Part shown: positions 36,595 through 46,354 of the stretch, piece by piece
Layout of the letters: each line of letters begins with the position of its first letter
Numbering within the stretch: position 1 is the stretch's first letter
Virus record (IMG/VR): IMGVR_UViG_3300047301_000253
Location: 1-53,697 of that record
From: a virus
Taxonomy: Duplodnaviria; Caudoviricetes
Direction: 5' to 3' (one strand)
DNA: 53,697 bases
Program-made: the position numbers and the translations under genes
Notes under the pieces: model-generated
What the model was told of the DNA's origin: nothing
What the model saw: only the letters and a program-made list of their open reading frames with translations
The model's database searches: none

Positions 36595-37259
36595 GGTGCT
36601 GATAAGAACTCCTTGATTGATTTTTCAAACTGTTCGGCACGACCTACTAGCTTTGCCAAGGCGGAGCTAAGCTCTTGAGCTTGTTTTAGAGTGAGTACCA
36701 ATTGAACGTTTGTTTCCATAAAGGCGTCTATGATGATGGCGGGACGCAACTGGTCGTTTATAGCGCTGCTTGCGACAATGGCAGAAGGAGGCTCGGCTGT
36801 GGTTTTTTGTCTGAATTCCATACTTTTGTCTTCTTCTTCCTCTTCCCAAGGAAATCTTTCTGTGCTAGACGAAGCATCACCTGTTGGAGTAAAGAATACG
36901 TCTTGTTTGTTATACCAATAAGATCCAAGCGGACTCAGTACTTTTTGATCTGCGGCCAAGTCTTTGAGCGAATAGTATATGGTGTTACCTAAGTATTTTT
37001 CGTTCACTTGCAGTGGAACACCAGCATGTCTGCCCGTTTTAATGTAGACTGTATCGCCAATGTTGAATTCATGGCATTCAGTTAGGCCAGCCTCTTCGAT
37101 TTTGTCCTCGTCATACCAGGCAGGTATTGCGGCTGGGTTTCTCAGCCTATAGCGATTGATTCCAGATCCCGTGACAGATTTCTGATCTATTATGAATACT
37201 TGGCCGTCTGGTTCATTGAGACGTCGAACAGTGTCATTTATTTTGAATTTATAGATCAT
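36591..37259 (-). CDS. Hypothetical protein with two SH3/KOW-like repeats
   Basis: KFKINDTVR...YRL...WY and EFNIGDTVY...YSL...WY. Confidence 0.6.
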   Translation of the reverse strand: MIYKFKINDTVRRLNEPDGQVFIIDQKSVTGSGINRYRLRNPAAIPAWYDEDKIEEAGLTECHEFNIGDTVYIKTGRHAGVPLQVNEKYLGNTIYYSLKDLAADQKVLSPLGSYWYNKQDVFFTPTGDASSSTERFPWEEEEEDKSMEFRQKTTAEPPSAIVASSAINDQLRPAIIIDAFMETNVQLVLTLKQAQELSSALAKLVGRAEQFEKSIKEFLSAP

Positions 37260-37803
37260 CGATCCACGGCTCCCTTTCTTTGTCTTTTTTCATTTTGCGT
37301 CGGTGTAGCTTGCGCTTTACTTTTCCTGAAATGTCTTTGTATTTTGAGAGTGTGAATAAAATAGGAGGGGAAAGCAGAAAGAAAAATGGCATCGCCAGAG
37401 AAATTGCAAAAAGTGTTGCAAAAATAGACGCCCTAGATCTTAGTCCATTTACAAAGTGAAACTCGAAAGCATGACGATCATTTATCTCATAAGTCCTGAC
37501 CCAGCCTTTTGTCAATACTGAGTATGGGAATGTGAAAGATTCTTTGATCTCAAGGAGAGTTGGAGCTGCACTGTTGTTTTGATTGTAGTTTGATCGGTCA
37601 GCAAAAAGCGTCACAATGTTATTGTCTTTGTCTGTGCGCACTTTTATTTCGCGAAGATTTGTCACCATATCGAAGGGATTTCGACTAAGCAAAGCTCTTT
37701 TCTTGCCCAGTGAGATCAAGACATCGGCAGCTCTTGGGTCCGCCCCAATATTTAGCAAGTCTGCTTTGTTGCCATACAACATGGTGTAGTGCTCTAGGTC
37801 CAA
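37249..37803 (-). CDS. Hypothetical protein with C-terminal transmembrane segment
   Basis: IFATLFAISLAMPFFFLLSPPILF followed by a basic tail; N-terminus resembles the next ORF. Confidence 0.65.
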   Translation of the reverse strand: MDLEHYTMLYGNKADLLNIGADPRAADVLISLGKKRALLSRNPFDMVTNLREIKVRTDKDNNIVTLFADRSNYNQNNSAAPTLLEIKESFTFPYSVLTKGWVRTYEINDRHAFEFHFVNGLRSRASIFATLFAISLAMPFFFLLSPPILFTLSKYKDISGKVKRKLHRRKMKKDKEREPWIDDL

Positions 37804-38297
37804 AATGGAATCTCCTCTAGTTCGTATTTAGAAGCTAGATGAATGGCTGACCAAATGATTTTCTCTGTATACTTGGGACTGATTTTTGACATTAGCTTGG
37901 TCAAGCTTTTAATTGCTTGTTGCACTTTTTTGTTTTTAGGTACAAAAAGAGTTGTTATTCCATTAACACGATGCCAAATGTTGCCATCGATTAGGTCAGA
38001 TATGTTTGCCCTGGAGGCAGTGTACATGCCAATTCTGAATAGCTTGAAAGGCATTCTTATCGGATTAAAGGTGTCGTTTAACTCACAAAGCAAAATTGCC
38101 ATTGGATGATCTACGTCGATTCGCTTCAAAAGAAAATTCTCGCGATCAGTAATTGTTAGATAGGGCTTTGCTGCAGCATGGCCCTTTCTCCAGTAATCAG
38201 GAAGCTTTGAAATGTACCGCGCGAGATCAACATCGACTCCGGCATCAATGAGTTGCTGAAGGGTGCCATGAGTATAGGCGTACGTTTCTAATTTCAC
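37794..38297 (-). CDS. Hypothetical protein
   Basis: 167-aa ORF, ATGA-coupled. Confidence 0.65.
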   Translation of the reverse strand: MKLETYAYTHGTLQQLIDAGVDVDLARYISKLPDYWRKGHAAAKPYLTITDRENFLLKRIDVDHPMAILLCELNDTFNPIRMPFKLFRIGMYTASRANISDLIDGNIWHRVNGITTLFVPKNKKVQQAIKSLTKLMSKISPKYTEKIIWSAIHLASKYELEEIPFWT

Positions 38298-39370
38298 AGC
38301 AAAGCCTGAAGTTGGTTGAACGCCAACTCTTGACGCTCTGTAGAGTACTTCTCCAAATTCTTGGCGAATACACCGGCTTGTTCTTTCGCCAGGCTCTGAT
38401 TACTGACTATCCAGCGCATGTGATCGATTGCAGAGGAAATACTTGGGTCTCCCCATCTCATTGAGCTATTGTAGAAAGGGCTGATTGACTTCTCCATGCC
38501 ATAAATCGGTTGAAGGCGAGAATCAACGAGAAAAGGATTTTCCTTCGCCCACTCACTATAGGCACCCCAGTCAGTGCAAATCAATGGCTGACCTGATTCG
38601 GCTGCTTCCCAAGCTGGAAGACCCCACCCTTCTCCAAAGGAAAGAGAGATGTGTGCATCGGCTTGACGCGAATAAGCTTGAATCTTATCCCCTGCAATAT
38701 TTCCAACAACGAGTCTAATTTTAGGAGGAGCTTTTGCAAGACAAAGCCCAACGATTCTCTTGATCTCAGCAGAGATCTTTGCTCGATCCGCGCCTTCATC
38801 GCTGCTGATGTGAGTTTTGATAGTGAGCTCAACATCTGAACGACCGTCAAAAGCGCCAACGAATGCACGAATCAGACCTTCGGGATTTTTCCTGGCGCTC
38901 CATTGAAAGGAACTATAGAATCGAAACACACTATCTGACTTGGGAATGGATTTCGTTTCTGTAAATACAGGCTCAACGACTATGACTGGCACCTTCACTC
39001 CAGACTCAATCATAACGGTACGATTCCAGTCAGTGGTCGTCAAGATAGCAGTCTGTTTGTTGCAGATTTGTGCCCAATCTGCTGGGATTTGATTTGCCTC
39101 AAAAGTCGTACAGCCAACTGTGTTTTTTGTTGCATAGCGAGCAAACAAGACAGGTACCATGTTAACGATAGTGGCATGTGGCGATTGGTGCGCTGCTGTC
39201 TTGTGCATTTCTGCACAAGTGCCGCCTAAGTCTTGATCGGTAAGCTGCATTGGAATCTCTACGATTCCAGGCTCAAACACCTTTGAAAAACCCGGCCAAA
39301 CTCGCCGAGCCATTTCAGCGTATCCCATTGATGACCGGACTGGCGTAGCGAGGTTGACTTTCATCTTCAT
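38294..39370 (-). CDS. GT-B (GT4-like) glycosyltransferase
   Basis: GYA, TTFE..IP..W, RKNPEGLIRAF, GEGWGLPAWEA..SGQPLI. Confidence 0.88.
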   Translation of the reverse strand: MKMKVNLATPVRSSMGYAEMARRVWPGFSKVFEPGIVEIPMQLTDQDLGGTCAEMHKTAAHQSPHATIVNMVPVLFARYATKNTVGCTTFEANQIPADWAQICNKQTAILTTTDWNRTVMIESGVKVPVIVVEPVFTETKSIPKSDSVFRFYSSFQWSARKNPEGLIRAFVGAFDGRSDVELTIKTHISSDEGADRAKISAEIKRIVGLCLAKAPPKIRLVVGNIAGDKIQAYSRQADAHISLSFGEGWGLPAWEAAESGQPLICTDWGAYSEWAKENPFLVDSRLQPIYGMEKSISPFYNSSMRWGDPSISSAIDHMRWIVSNQSLAKEQAGVFAKNLEKYSTERQELAFNQLQALL

Positions 39371-40689
39371 TCCACCGATTCTGGGGCTATTTTAAGCCTC
39401 TTAAGTAGGCGAGCTTTTGTCTTGCTGCGGCTAGGTTTCTTACGGCGCTTGATTTCACTATTGTTATCGCCAAATCCGCGATATTGTAGCAGGTTGTCGA
39501 AAATATCTTTTAGGTCCAGCTGCGGACGAAGAACCTTGCGACTAATTGCTTCTTTGCATTCTGCGGGAGTAAATCCCGTTCCGCCGAGCGCACATTCAAT
39601 TTCTTCAGTCGACAGAGTCAAGCTGTGATCTTGCGCATACATTTTGACAATTTTTACGCAGTCAACACTCTCAGTAAGGAGGAACTCTAGCTTTTCATCA
39701 AAGCGACCTGGGCGCAGTAAGGCTGCCCCAAGGTCTTCTGGTTCATTCACTGTGGCGAAGAAGGTAATCTTTGGGTACTTTCTCTTTAGATTCTCGGTGA
39801 TATAGAGAAATTGTCCTTCATAGTGCTCAGAGTCAATTCTATCGAAATCATCAAACAGCACAATCTGTGGACTGAGGATCGAAAGAATTTGCTCAATCTC
39901 TGTGCTAGAGACTGCATGCAAATAAGAAGAGTCTACTTTGACGATTCTGTTTGCAAATTCTTGCGCGATACGTTCAACCCAGCTGGTTTTACCAGTTCCT
40001 GGTTGACCATAGAGGAGAAAGCTTCTGCTTATGTTTAGCTCTTTTGATTTTGAAATATACTGGCTGATGTCAGCTATTGGGTGCGCAGTAGAGTCTGAGT
40101 AAAGATTCGCAGGAGGAAGCGAAAAGATATCGGGGCCTCTGCGCCCAGCGTTCTCTGAGCTTTTACCGTATGCCAACCCAATTCCAGTAGGAAACTTTGC
40201 CCAGAAGAAGTCATGCACCTTCTGCATGTTAAAATCTGCTTCTGTCCAATATTGACTTGCTACATTGTCGGTATCAGCGAGCCCATCATATGAGTCGATG
40301 GACTTACCTGTGACATTCCAGTAAATATACTGGTTGTCACCCATGTCCATCCTCATAAGATTGATATCTTCTGACACAAATGCGGTGACAACTTTGAATG
40401 TCTCTCCAGCGCCTGCTTTCAGGAGCAGCTTATGCAGATTCCCTTCATATACCTTTAGATCATGTTTGTTGAGATAGTAGGTCAGTGGACTCTCAATCGC
40501 AACATCAAAAGCGGAAGCAAGTACGTTGGCGCCTGCCATCATTGCGCCACCAATGCTGATGGGGTTTTTATTATGCGCCAAACTTGCAGTAATCTCTAGG
40601 ACTTCAGCGCCTAGTAGTGAGGCTTTCTGAACGTAAGGATGGCCTAAGGCCTGTCCTAATTTTTTCTTGGCTTCGTCAAAGAATGACAT
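39367..40689 (-). CDS. AAA+ ATPase
   Basis: GQPGTGKT, VLFDDFD, TVN, ALLRPGRFD. Confidence 0.9.
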   Translation of the reverse strand: MSFFDEAKKKLGQALGHPYVQKASLLGAEVLEITASLAHNKNPISIGGAMMAGANVLASAFDVAIESPLTYYLNKHDLKVYEGNLHKLLLKAGAGETFKVVTAFVSEDINLMRMDMGDNQYIYWNVTGKSIDSYDGLADTDNVASQYWTEADFNMQKVHDFFWAKFPTGIGLAYGKSSENAGRRGPDIFSLPPANLYSDSTAHPIADISQYISKSKELNISRSFLLYGQPGTGKTSWVERIAQEFANRIVKVDSSYLHAVSSTEIEQILSILSPQIVLFDDFDRIDSEHYEGQFLYITENLKRKYPKITFFATVNEPEDLGAALLRPGRFDEKLEFLLTESVDCVKIVKMYAQDHSLTLSTEEIECALGGTGFTPAECKEAISRKVLRPQLDLKDIFDNLLQYRGFGDNNSEIKRRKKPSRSKTKARLLKRLKIAPESVE

Positions 40690-42256
40690 CGGTGTCCTTT
40701 TTTTGTATGATCGGCCCGCCTATTTTGCCACTTTTCAGTGCTTCTTTTAGCTTTTCAGATTCGCCCATCTTCACTGCTTGCGCAAAATAACTATCTATTT
40801 TTTGCAATTGAAATCTTAGGCTTCCGTCAAGCACATAGGTGTGCGCCCAATCTGTTTCCGAACGTACTGGCCGGCCATAAGCTTGAACAAGATTGTTTCT
40901 CGTTGTCGCCTCATAAAGACCTGGCATTGCTGACTCTAAGGCCTGAATATACTCTGTCTTTGCTGGAAAAGGAATCTTGAAAATAACTTGCCATCTTGCA
41001 AGGTCATCTTTCAAATCAACACCTTCAATCATAGCTGGACTTACAAGTATTGAACCTGGTTTGGCCGCATGAATTGCTAGTAGTTCGGCTTTGTTCTTTC
41101 CTTGTTCCACCCAAGTAAATCGGTTGTTTTTTCGATACATCAACTGCAACGCCATGAAAATTCTATAGTTTGCAGTGTGTATAATTCCTCTTTCTTGATG
41201 AGCTGCAATGATCGCATCAAGCATCTCAATCTGAGGCAAATCTTTTTCAATCTTTGACTTCATATTCAGGTTGGGAATATCTTTCGGAAAGTAGATTGGC
41301 CGATTTTCAATCGGAAAAGTTGATTCAAGATTGTACTCAATTGTCTGAGTTGGCGGTAATCCCAGCAGAGCTGCAAAGTCAGTGTCGATTGTTGCAGATA
41401 AGAAGAACACCTTCTTGAAGCGATTAAAGAACTTGTGTGCAATCTTGTGCGGAAACAATGGTTTGATTTGAATTTGCTCTTCGTCTGCATTAACATAAAA
41501 GTCGCCAGGCAGTGGTTTTTCCGAGATAATCGTTAATGCTTTGTCAGCAAGCGACTTAAGCTGATCTCTTCCTGGGCCTGCTGCCGCCATCTCAAACTTA
41601 ATGGCTGCTTTTGCTTGAATTACTTTTAGCCATTCAACAAGCGTTGTCTGGTTTGGAGTATCGGTAATTCCAACAAGTTGAGCAAGCTTTTTGCGACTGA
41701 TATCGATTGCATAAATGTCAAGAATCTTATCGATGAAGTTATGCGCCTCATCAAGAACAACAGCCTCTCCGTTGAATCCAGAAACAAACGCCAAGTCATA
41801 ATTAAGAATTCCTCCGCCTGTTGAGGCCAAGGAACCTTTCTTAACATAGTACTCGCAGCCATTTTTAATGACACAATCGGCTCGAAGTTCAGCGGGGGTT
41901 TGCACGCTTATAGCATGCTTCTTTTTGCCGATTTGGAAAAGGGTTTTGCCACTACAAGGCGCTTCTGCCGCCCCTTGCCCGGTGATGTTACAGGTATAGT
42001 TGCCTTTTCCCTTGAGTACAAACTCAAGATCGAACTGAGGGGTTGAGGCGTATTGATCCTGAAGCATTTTTGTAGCTGTCAGGATGTGACATCCGTATGC
42101 TCTTGATATTGCAACAGAAACTCCGCTTTTACCGCTCCCTGTGCGACCTCTGATGATAAAAAAACGCTTGCTGTCGTACTCGGCAAGTTTTTCGAGCATC
42201 TCTTTGATGCCTGGTCGAAACTCTTCAAACGGATACTTTGAGCAGTAGTCCTTCAT
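40676..42256 (-). CDS. DinG/XPD-like SF2 helicase
   Basis: FRPG Q-motif region, TGSGKS, LQDQY, KGKGNYTC plus further Cys residues, DEAH, SAT, EGVDL, QAYGRPVRSETD. Confidence 0.9.
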   Translation of the reverse strand: MKDYCSKYPFEEFRPGIKEMLEKLAEYDSKRFFIIRGRTGSGKSGVSVAISRAYGCHILTATKMLQDQYASTPQFDLEFVLKGKGNYTCNITGQGAAEAPCSGKTLFQIGKKKHAISVQTPAELRADCVIKNGCEYYVKKGSLASTGGGILNYDLAFVSGFNGEAVVLDEAHNFIDKILDIYAIDISRKKLAQLVGITDTPNQTTLVEWLKVIQAKAAIKFEMAAAGPGRDQLKSLADKALTIISEKPLPGDFYVNADEEQIQIKPLFPHKIAHKFFNRFKKVFFLSATIDTDFAALLGLPPTQTIEYNLESTFPIENRPIYFPKDIPNLNMKSKIEKDLPQIEMLDAIIAAHQERGIIHTANYRIFMALQLMYRKNNRFTWVEQGKNKAELLAIHAAKPGSILVSPAMIEGVDLKDDLARWQVIFKIPFPAKTEYIQALESAMPGLYEATTRNNLVQAYGRPVRSETDWAHTYVLDGSLRFQLQKIDSYFAQAVKMGESEKLKEALKSGKIGGPIIQKKDTDVIL

Positions 42257-43035
42257 TTTCCTGTGCTTCCAAATCCTCCCGTGCCTCGGGTATTTTCTCG
42301 GCCTTCACTTAGTTGCTTGAACTCTTCTTCTGAAACTAGTTCAACATTGATTTCTTCACGACGATACGGGACTAGCTGGCCAATTCGTTCGCCATGCTCG
42401 ATTGAAACAGCATGCTTGTTCATATTGGCGACAGCGAATTTCATTTCGCCTTCGTATGTTTCATCGATTGTGCCGACCAAACAAACTAGATTCTTCTTCG
42501 TAAAGCAGCTACTGCGGCTATTCAGTTGAAGCCAATAGCCCGCTGGAATAAATACTTTGATTCCGAGAGGAATCGTTGCAAACCCACCTGCAGGAATATC
42601 AATCACTGCGGGACAGCCGTCTTTTGATGGGATGCAGGCTTTTACGTCGTAGCCGGTATCGGTTGGGTTTGCACGAGCCGGCAGGAAGTCGTCAGTGGCA
42701 TGTTCGCTTGTGAGTGCAAATGCGAATTTTGGAATTTCTTTCATTGTAACTTTCTTTGGTTTTGAAGGGAGTTTTGATATCATGAGTGTATTTGAGTTTG
42801 CCTCTCCCATTAGTTCGACATACTGCCCAACCAATTCGATTAGCCTGGGGTCGCATGAAAACAAGCCTCTTCCAACCGAGGCCTCTACGCGCTCGATTTC
42901 TTCGGGTGTCATCTTAAGCCAAAGATCAGAAAGCCGATCATTAGTCTGGTCAATCTCTAGCTCTAGTTTGTCTTTCTTTTTCTTCAGATCTTGCAGGACA
43001 AGGAGTAGTGATCGATACGCTTCTTCGTTGTTCAT
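42253..43035 (-). CDS. dut: Trimeric dUTPase with about 95-aa N-terminal extension
   Basis: TGYDV, RSS, GTIDETYEGE, GERIGQ, RGTGGFGSTG. Confidence 0.92.
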   Translation of the reverse strand: MNNEEAYRSLLLVLQDLKKKKDKLELEIDQTNDRLSDLWLKMTPEEIERVEASVGRGLFSCDPRLIELVGQYVELMGEANSNTLMISKLPSKPKKVTMKEIPKFAFALTSEHATDDFLPARANPTDTGYDVKACIPSKDGCPAVIDIPAGGFATIPLGIKVFIPAGYWLQLNSRSSCFTKKNLVCLVGTIDETYEGEMKFAVANMNKHAVSIEHGERIGQLVPYRREEINVELVSEEEFKQLSEGRENTRGTGGFGSTGK

Positions 43036-43062
43036 TTGTTGCTCTTTCTTTATATTTGAAGT

Positions 43063-43479
43063 TCATTCGAAAAATGAATCAATGAAATTGACATCCAACG
43101 CCGCCAAGATTCCGGTTGGCCAAGTGACCGGAAGACTCAATAGTCGTTTTCTTGCACGATAATACCTGAGAAAAGAAGAGCTATCTGCACTTTCACAGCC
43201 AAACAGGGTTCCTTCTCTACAAGAAATAGAGTATCGGGAAAAAGAATTCAGAATTGCAACAAAATATCGGCTGCCAAGTCTTCTTTTGTAAAGAATTATC
43301 TCACAATCGGCAGATTTGGATATTGAAATAACGGTGTATCTTCTGCAGTGATTATATCTTTTTCTTAGTTCCGACAGCACATCTTTGCAGTACGGAGAGG
43401 ATTGATCTTCAGTTATCTGTTTGGGAAAACAAAAACTGCTTGTTATGTTTTTTAAATTTGTGTAGTCGTCAAGCAACAT
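43063..43479 (-). CDS. Hypothetical protein (MLLDDY start)
   Basis: Start reassigned to the ATG 4 nt after the upstream stop. Confidence 0.5.
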   Translation of the reverse strand: MLLDDYTNLKNITSSFCFPKQITEDQSSPYCKDVLSELRKRYNHCRRYTVISISKSADCEIILYKRRLGSRYFVAILNSFSRYSISCREGTLFGCESADSSSFLRYYRARKRLLSLPVTWPTGILAALDVNFIDSFFE

Positions 43480-43483
43480 TGTT

Positions 43484-43729
43484 TTAGTTTTTCGCACAAG
43501 GCCACATCGTATCGAGAATCGATACATATGCGGTCAACTCCTCAATGGAGCTACCTTCTTTTGGAAAGAAGTAGGCGTACTCTTCTGCAGCAATTTCCCC
43601 ATACGCATAGGCAGGCCATCTTTGTGTAGGATATTCCTTATAGTATGGATTCTTGCCACCTGAGCCAATAATCATTAGTGCATAACTTTTTAGTCTGGAT
43701 GCAACGTCCTTAGGTACAGTCAATCTCAT
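43484..43729 (-). CDS. Hypothetical protein, tandem paralog
   Basis: Aligns with the next ORF over its full length. Confidence 0.7.
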   Translation of the reverse strand: MRLTVPKDVASRLKSYALMIIGSGGKNPYYKEYPTQRWPAYAYGEIAAEEYAYFFPKEGSSIEELTAYVSILDTMWPCAKN

Positions 43730-43731
43730 CG

Positions 43732-43962
43732 TTATTCTTTCTTAAGCACTGTATCCATTAGTGCGATGTAGCCCTTTAGCTCTTCAGGAGTAGAGTCTAT
43801 CTTTGGAAAAAAGAAGTTCTCTTCTTTTGCTATTAGACGCCCTATATTGTGCCGCAACCTTACTCCTGCTTGCACATCAGTATCGCGCGAACGATTATTC
43901 AACAGGAACATCGCAAGAAATCTCAATCTTGCCGCTTCGACGCCCGATATGCTTAAATTCAT
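43732..43962 (-). CDS. Hypothetical protein, tandem paralog
   Basis: IAKEENFFFPK...EELKGYIALMDT versus IAAEEYAYFFPK...EELTAYVSILDT. Confidence 0.7.
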   Translation of the reverse strand: MNLSISGVEAARLRFLAMFLLNNRSRDTDVQAGVRLRHNIGRLIAKEENFFFPKIDSTPEELKGYIALMDTVLKKE

Positions 43963-44300
43963 TTGTTCATATCGATAATTGTTTGCTCATCCAACCAGGT
44001 GTCGTTCTCAAAGAAATTTTCTTTCATGGCTGTCTCGCCGACCAGATTTTCAAAGGTAGCGACATCTCCATTGACCATTTCAGTACCAATCTTCTCAAGA
44101 GTGGATTGAACAGCAGGATCAATCTCATATTCAAAGATCTCTTCCAAGGTATTGTAGTTTACCGTCATATTAAAAGACGTAACTTGCCGTGTGTATTTTT
44201 CTGCTTCGCCACATCGGCACGCGACTTTGCGCTGGCTACCTTCGCCGAAGTAATGCTTTTTGCTAAACCCACAAACGCCACACTTAAATAGTAACATCAT
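43959..44300 (-). CDS. Zinc-ribbon protein (FmdB-like N-terminus)
   Basis: FKCGVCG...VACRCG. Confidence 0.6.
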   Translation of the reverse strand: MMLLFKCGVCGFSKKHYFGEGSQRKVACRCGEAEKYTRQVTSFNMTVNYNTLEEIFEYEIDPAVQSTLEKIGTEMVNGDVATFENLVGETAMKENFFENDTWLDEQTIIDMNK

Positions 44301-44494
44301 AGCTCTTCCTCTGGCTCGTCGATCTGAACTTCAAGCTTTTCGCCAACAAATGACAAAGATATATTGTCGCGCCCCGCCACCCTTAGCGCGAAATCTTTGT
44401 ATTTTTCATCAAATACCTCAAACCTAAGAAAGACTCGGTCGGCCTCACGATCATACTCTACAGAGAGTAGTTCTGCAAATTCTTCAGACTTCAT
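44297..44494 (-). CDS. Hypothetical protein
   Basis: Short acidic ORF; start at MKSEEF. Confidence 0.55.
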   Translation of the reverse strand: MKSEEFAELLSVEYDREADRVFLRFEVFDEKYKDFALRVAGRDNISLSFVGEKLEVQIDEPEEEL

Positions 44495-44858
44495 TGTCTT
44501 CTTCCTCACCCTCTGTGGGTAGATCTGGCAAGATTGACTGGAAGATATTGAATATCCTACATTTTGCCTTCTCGGTAAAGCTCTTTACCACTGGGTCACT
44601 GATTGAGTCAAAATCAACCATAATGATATCGCTTAAAAATTCAAGTACCGACAACCTAATGTCTTCTTTGTTTGAATTTAATGCGGAGTTAAGCTTTGCG
44701 GTCCATGTCATTTTTGAGTTTTGATCTTTGACGATCAGACAGGCGGGACCATCATCTACAACAAGTAGGTTCAGACGGCATAGGGGATCGATCAGCAGGA
44801 TGTCACGGTAGACTGCGACGTACTGCTCGGCAAGTTGGTATACTTCACTGTGACCCAT
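44484..44858 (-). CDS. Hypothetical protein
   Basis: Start at MGHSEV; part of an overlapping series. Confidence 0.6.
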   Translation of the reverse strand: MGHSEVYQLAEQYVAVYRDILLIDPLCRLNLLVVDDGPACLIVKDQNSKMTWTAKLNSALNSNKEDIRLSVLEFLSDIIMVDFDSISDPVVKSFTEKAKCRIFNIFQSILPDLPTEGEEEDNEV

Positions 44859-45081
44859 CTGCTTCCCACCGAGCCTGTTGAGAATCAATCAATTCCTGAG
44901 CGAGCTGCTTTATTTTTGCAATGCCCATTTCTGCATTCAAGTATGCTAGTACTTTGACCTCTGCTGCCGAAGACATTTCTATCTTTTTTACAGCTCCGTC
45001 AGGAGTATAGTTATACTTGAACTCTTCAGGGCAAACTTGTTCTGCCCAAGTTCTCATGTCTTGAGAGCTAGCTCTAATCAT
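44845..45081 (-). CDS. Hypothetical protein
   Basis: 78-aa ORF, ATGA-coupled. Confidence 0.55.
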   Translation of the reverse strand: MIRASSQDMRTWAEQVCPEEFKYNYTPDGAVKKIEMSSAAEVKVLAYLNAEMGIAKIKQLAQELIDSQQARWEADGSQ

Positions 45082-45869
45082 TGTTTGGCCTTATTGGATT
45101 TTATTCGTTGACTCAATCCGCCCAGGTGGTCGGTTAGATATCGCTCGAATCGCTTGGTTACTGCAAAGTCTTGCTCGCTAAATAGTACTACCGACATTTT
45201 TTGCACGGTGAATGGGCAAGTCTCGTTAATCAATAGGTGGGCAAATGCAAATTTGGTGCGCTCTCTCCACTCAGGTAGAAAATCGCATGCAATCTTCCCA
45301 CTCTCAAATTGCTGATTGACGTCGGCAAGCACAGGGATGCCATCCCATTTTGCTTCCATGCTTTTCAACGCCGAAAGAGTGGCCTGGTTAAAGGCAGCCG
45401 TACAAGCTTCGCTTGGCGTCTCTGCCAAACGATTTGTGCGACGACAATCTCTTTCCAAAATGGGCAGGATGTCTTCTAAGTAAACATGCTCGCTGGGCAC
45501 ATCATCAGTTGTGCATGAAGGCAAAGCAGAGATGGTGTCTCCATCTTCAGTGAAGAGTGATACGTTTTTCTTTGTTTTGTTTTTTGCAAAGTTTGCGTTG
45601 AGCTCATTCCTGTACGCGGTCATCAGGTAGCCACGAAAGCTTTTTAGAAACGTGGCATCGTCAATGCCTTCGACGAGTCCATCGGTGCCTTCAACCAAGC
45701 CTTTTTTGACCAACCCTCCTTTGTCGAACTTTAGAGCGATAAGATACGCATTGGTCTGCCATTCCTTTGCCCAGTCCTCTGGGTTTTGGACCTGATAGCG
45801 CCTAGCCATGTGCGTAAATGACGGCAGCATGGCGGCGAATATAGTGTGGATTTCGTCAACAATATTCAA
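45078..45869 (-). CDS. Hypothetical protein with sigma-70 region 2-like N-terminus
   Basis: FTHMARRY..NPED...ALKFD...SFRGYLMTAYRNEL...NVSL. Confidence 0.45.
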   Translation of the reverse strand: MNIVDEIHTIFAAMLPSFTHMARRYQVQNPEDWAKEWQTNAYLIALKFDKGGLVKKGLVEGTDGLVEGIDDATFLKSFRGYLMTAYRNELNANFAKNKTKKNVSLFTEDGDTISALPSCTTDDVPSEHVYLEDILPILERDCRRTNRLAETPSEACTAAFNQATLSALKSMEAKWDGIPVLADVNQQFESGKIACDFLPEWRERTKFAFAHLLINETCPFTVQKMSVVLFSEQDFAVTKRFERYLTDHLGGLSQRIKSNKAKQ

Positions 45870-46354
45870 AATTCTTTAACCAAAGTTTCTTGTACCTTTT
45901 TTATGGCTTCTGCTGCCTGGTACCTGCCAGCAAAGCTTTCGGCGAGTACCCTCATGATATAAGAGAGTAGGAGGGGTGTTCCCTCTTCTTTTAACCCAAG
46001 AACAATTTCTTCTATTGCAACCTCGACCTCTCGGTCCGTAGCAGGCTGCGGTAGTACTCTTTTGATGATGTCAATTTCTGATTGAAGTCGGCTCATACCT
46101 TCTGTCTTGGCACCACTCGCAGTCATTACTTGCAACAGATTTGTGCTATTTGCAAGTACTTTAGCTAGGGTCTTGCCTGCCAAATAGTCGGAAATCTCCC
46201 CTTCTGGCCGGTTGCCTGCTTCTGTAAGTACTTTGCTTCTCAGAAAAGAGTAGATGCGGCTATCTTCTGACTTGTCTTTCATTGCTGCAATCCAAAGCTT
46301 GCGCAAACGTACGACAATGGTCTCGGCAACTTCTGTATTTTCACCTTCGGGCAT
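45866..46354 (-). CDS. GatB/YqeY-like protein
   Basis: AAMKDK...FLRS, EIDIIKRVLPQP....EV..AIEEIV, IMRVL...AGR; start uncertain. Confidence 0.7.
   Translation of the reverse strand: MPEGENTEVAETIVVRLRKLWIAAMKDKSEDSRIYSFLRSKVLTEAGNRPEGEISDYLAGKTLAKVLANSTNLLQVMTASGAKTEGMSRLQSEIDIIKRVLPQPATDREVEVAIEEIVLGLKEEGTPLLLSYIMRVLAESFAGRYQAAEAIKKVQETLVKEF

Noticed and set aside
42750-43035. dUTPase N-terminal extension as a separate frameshifted gene
   Set aside because: The frame is continuous. An internal start at MKEIPK is possible but cannot be resolved from sequence alone.
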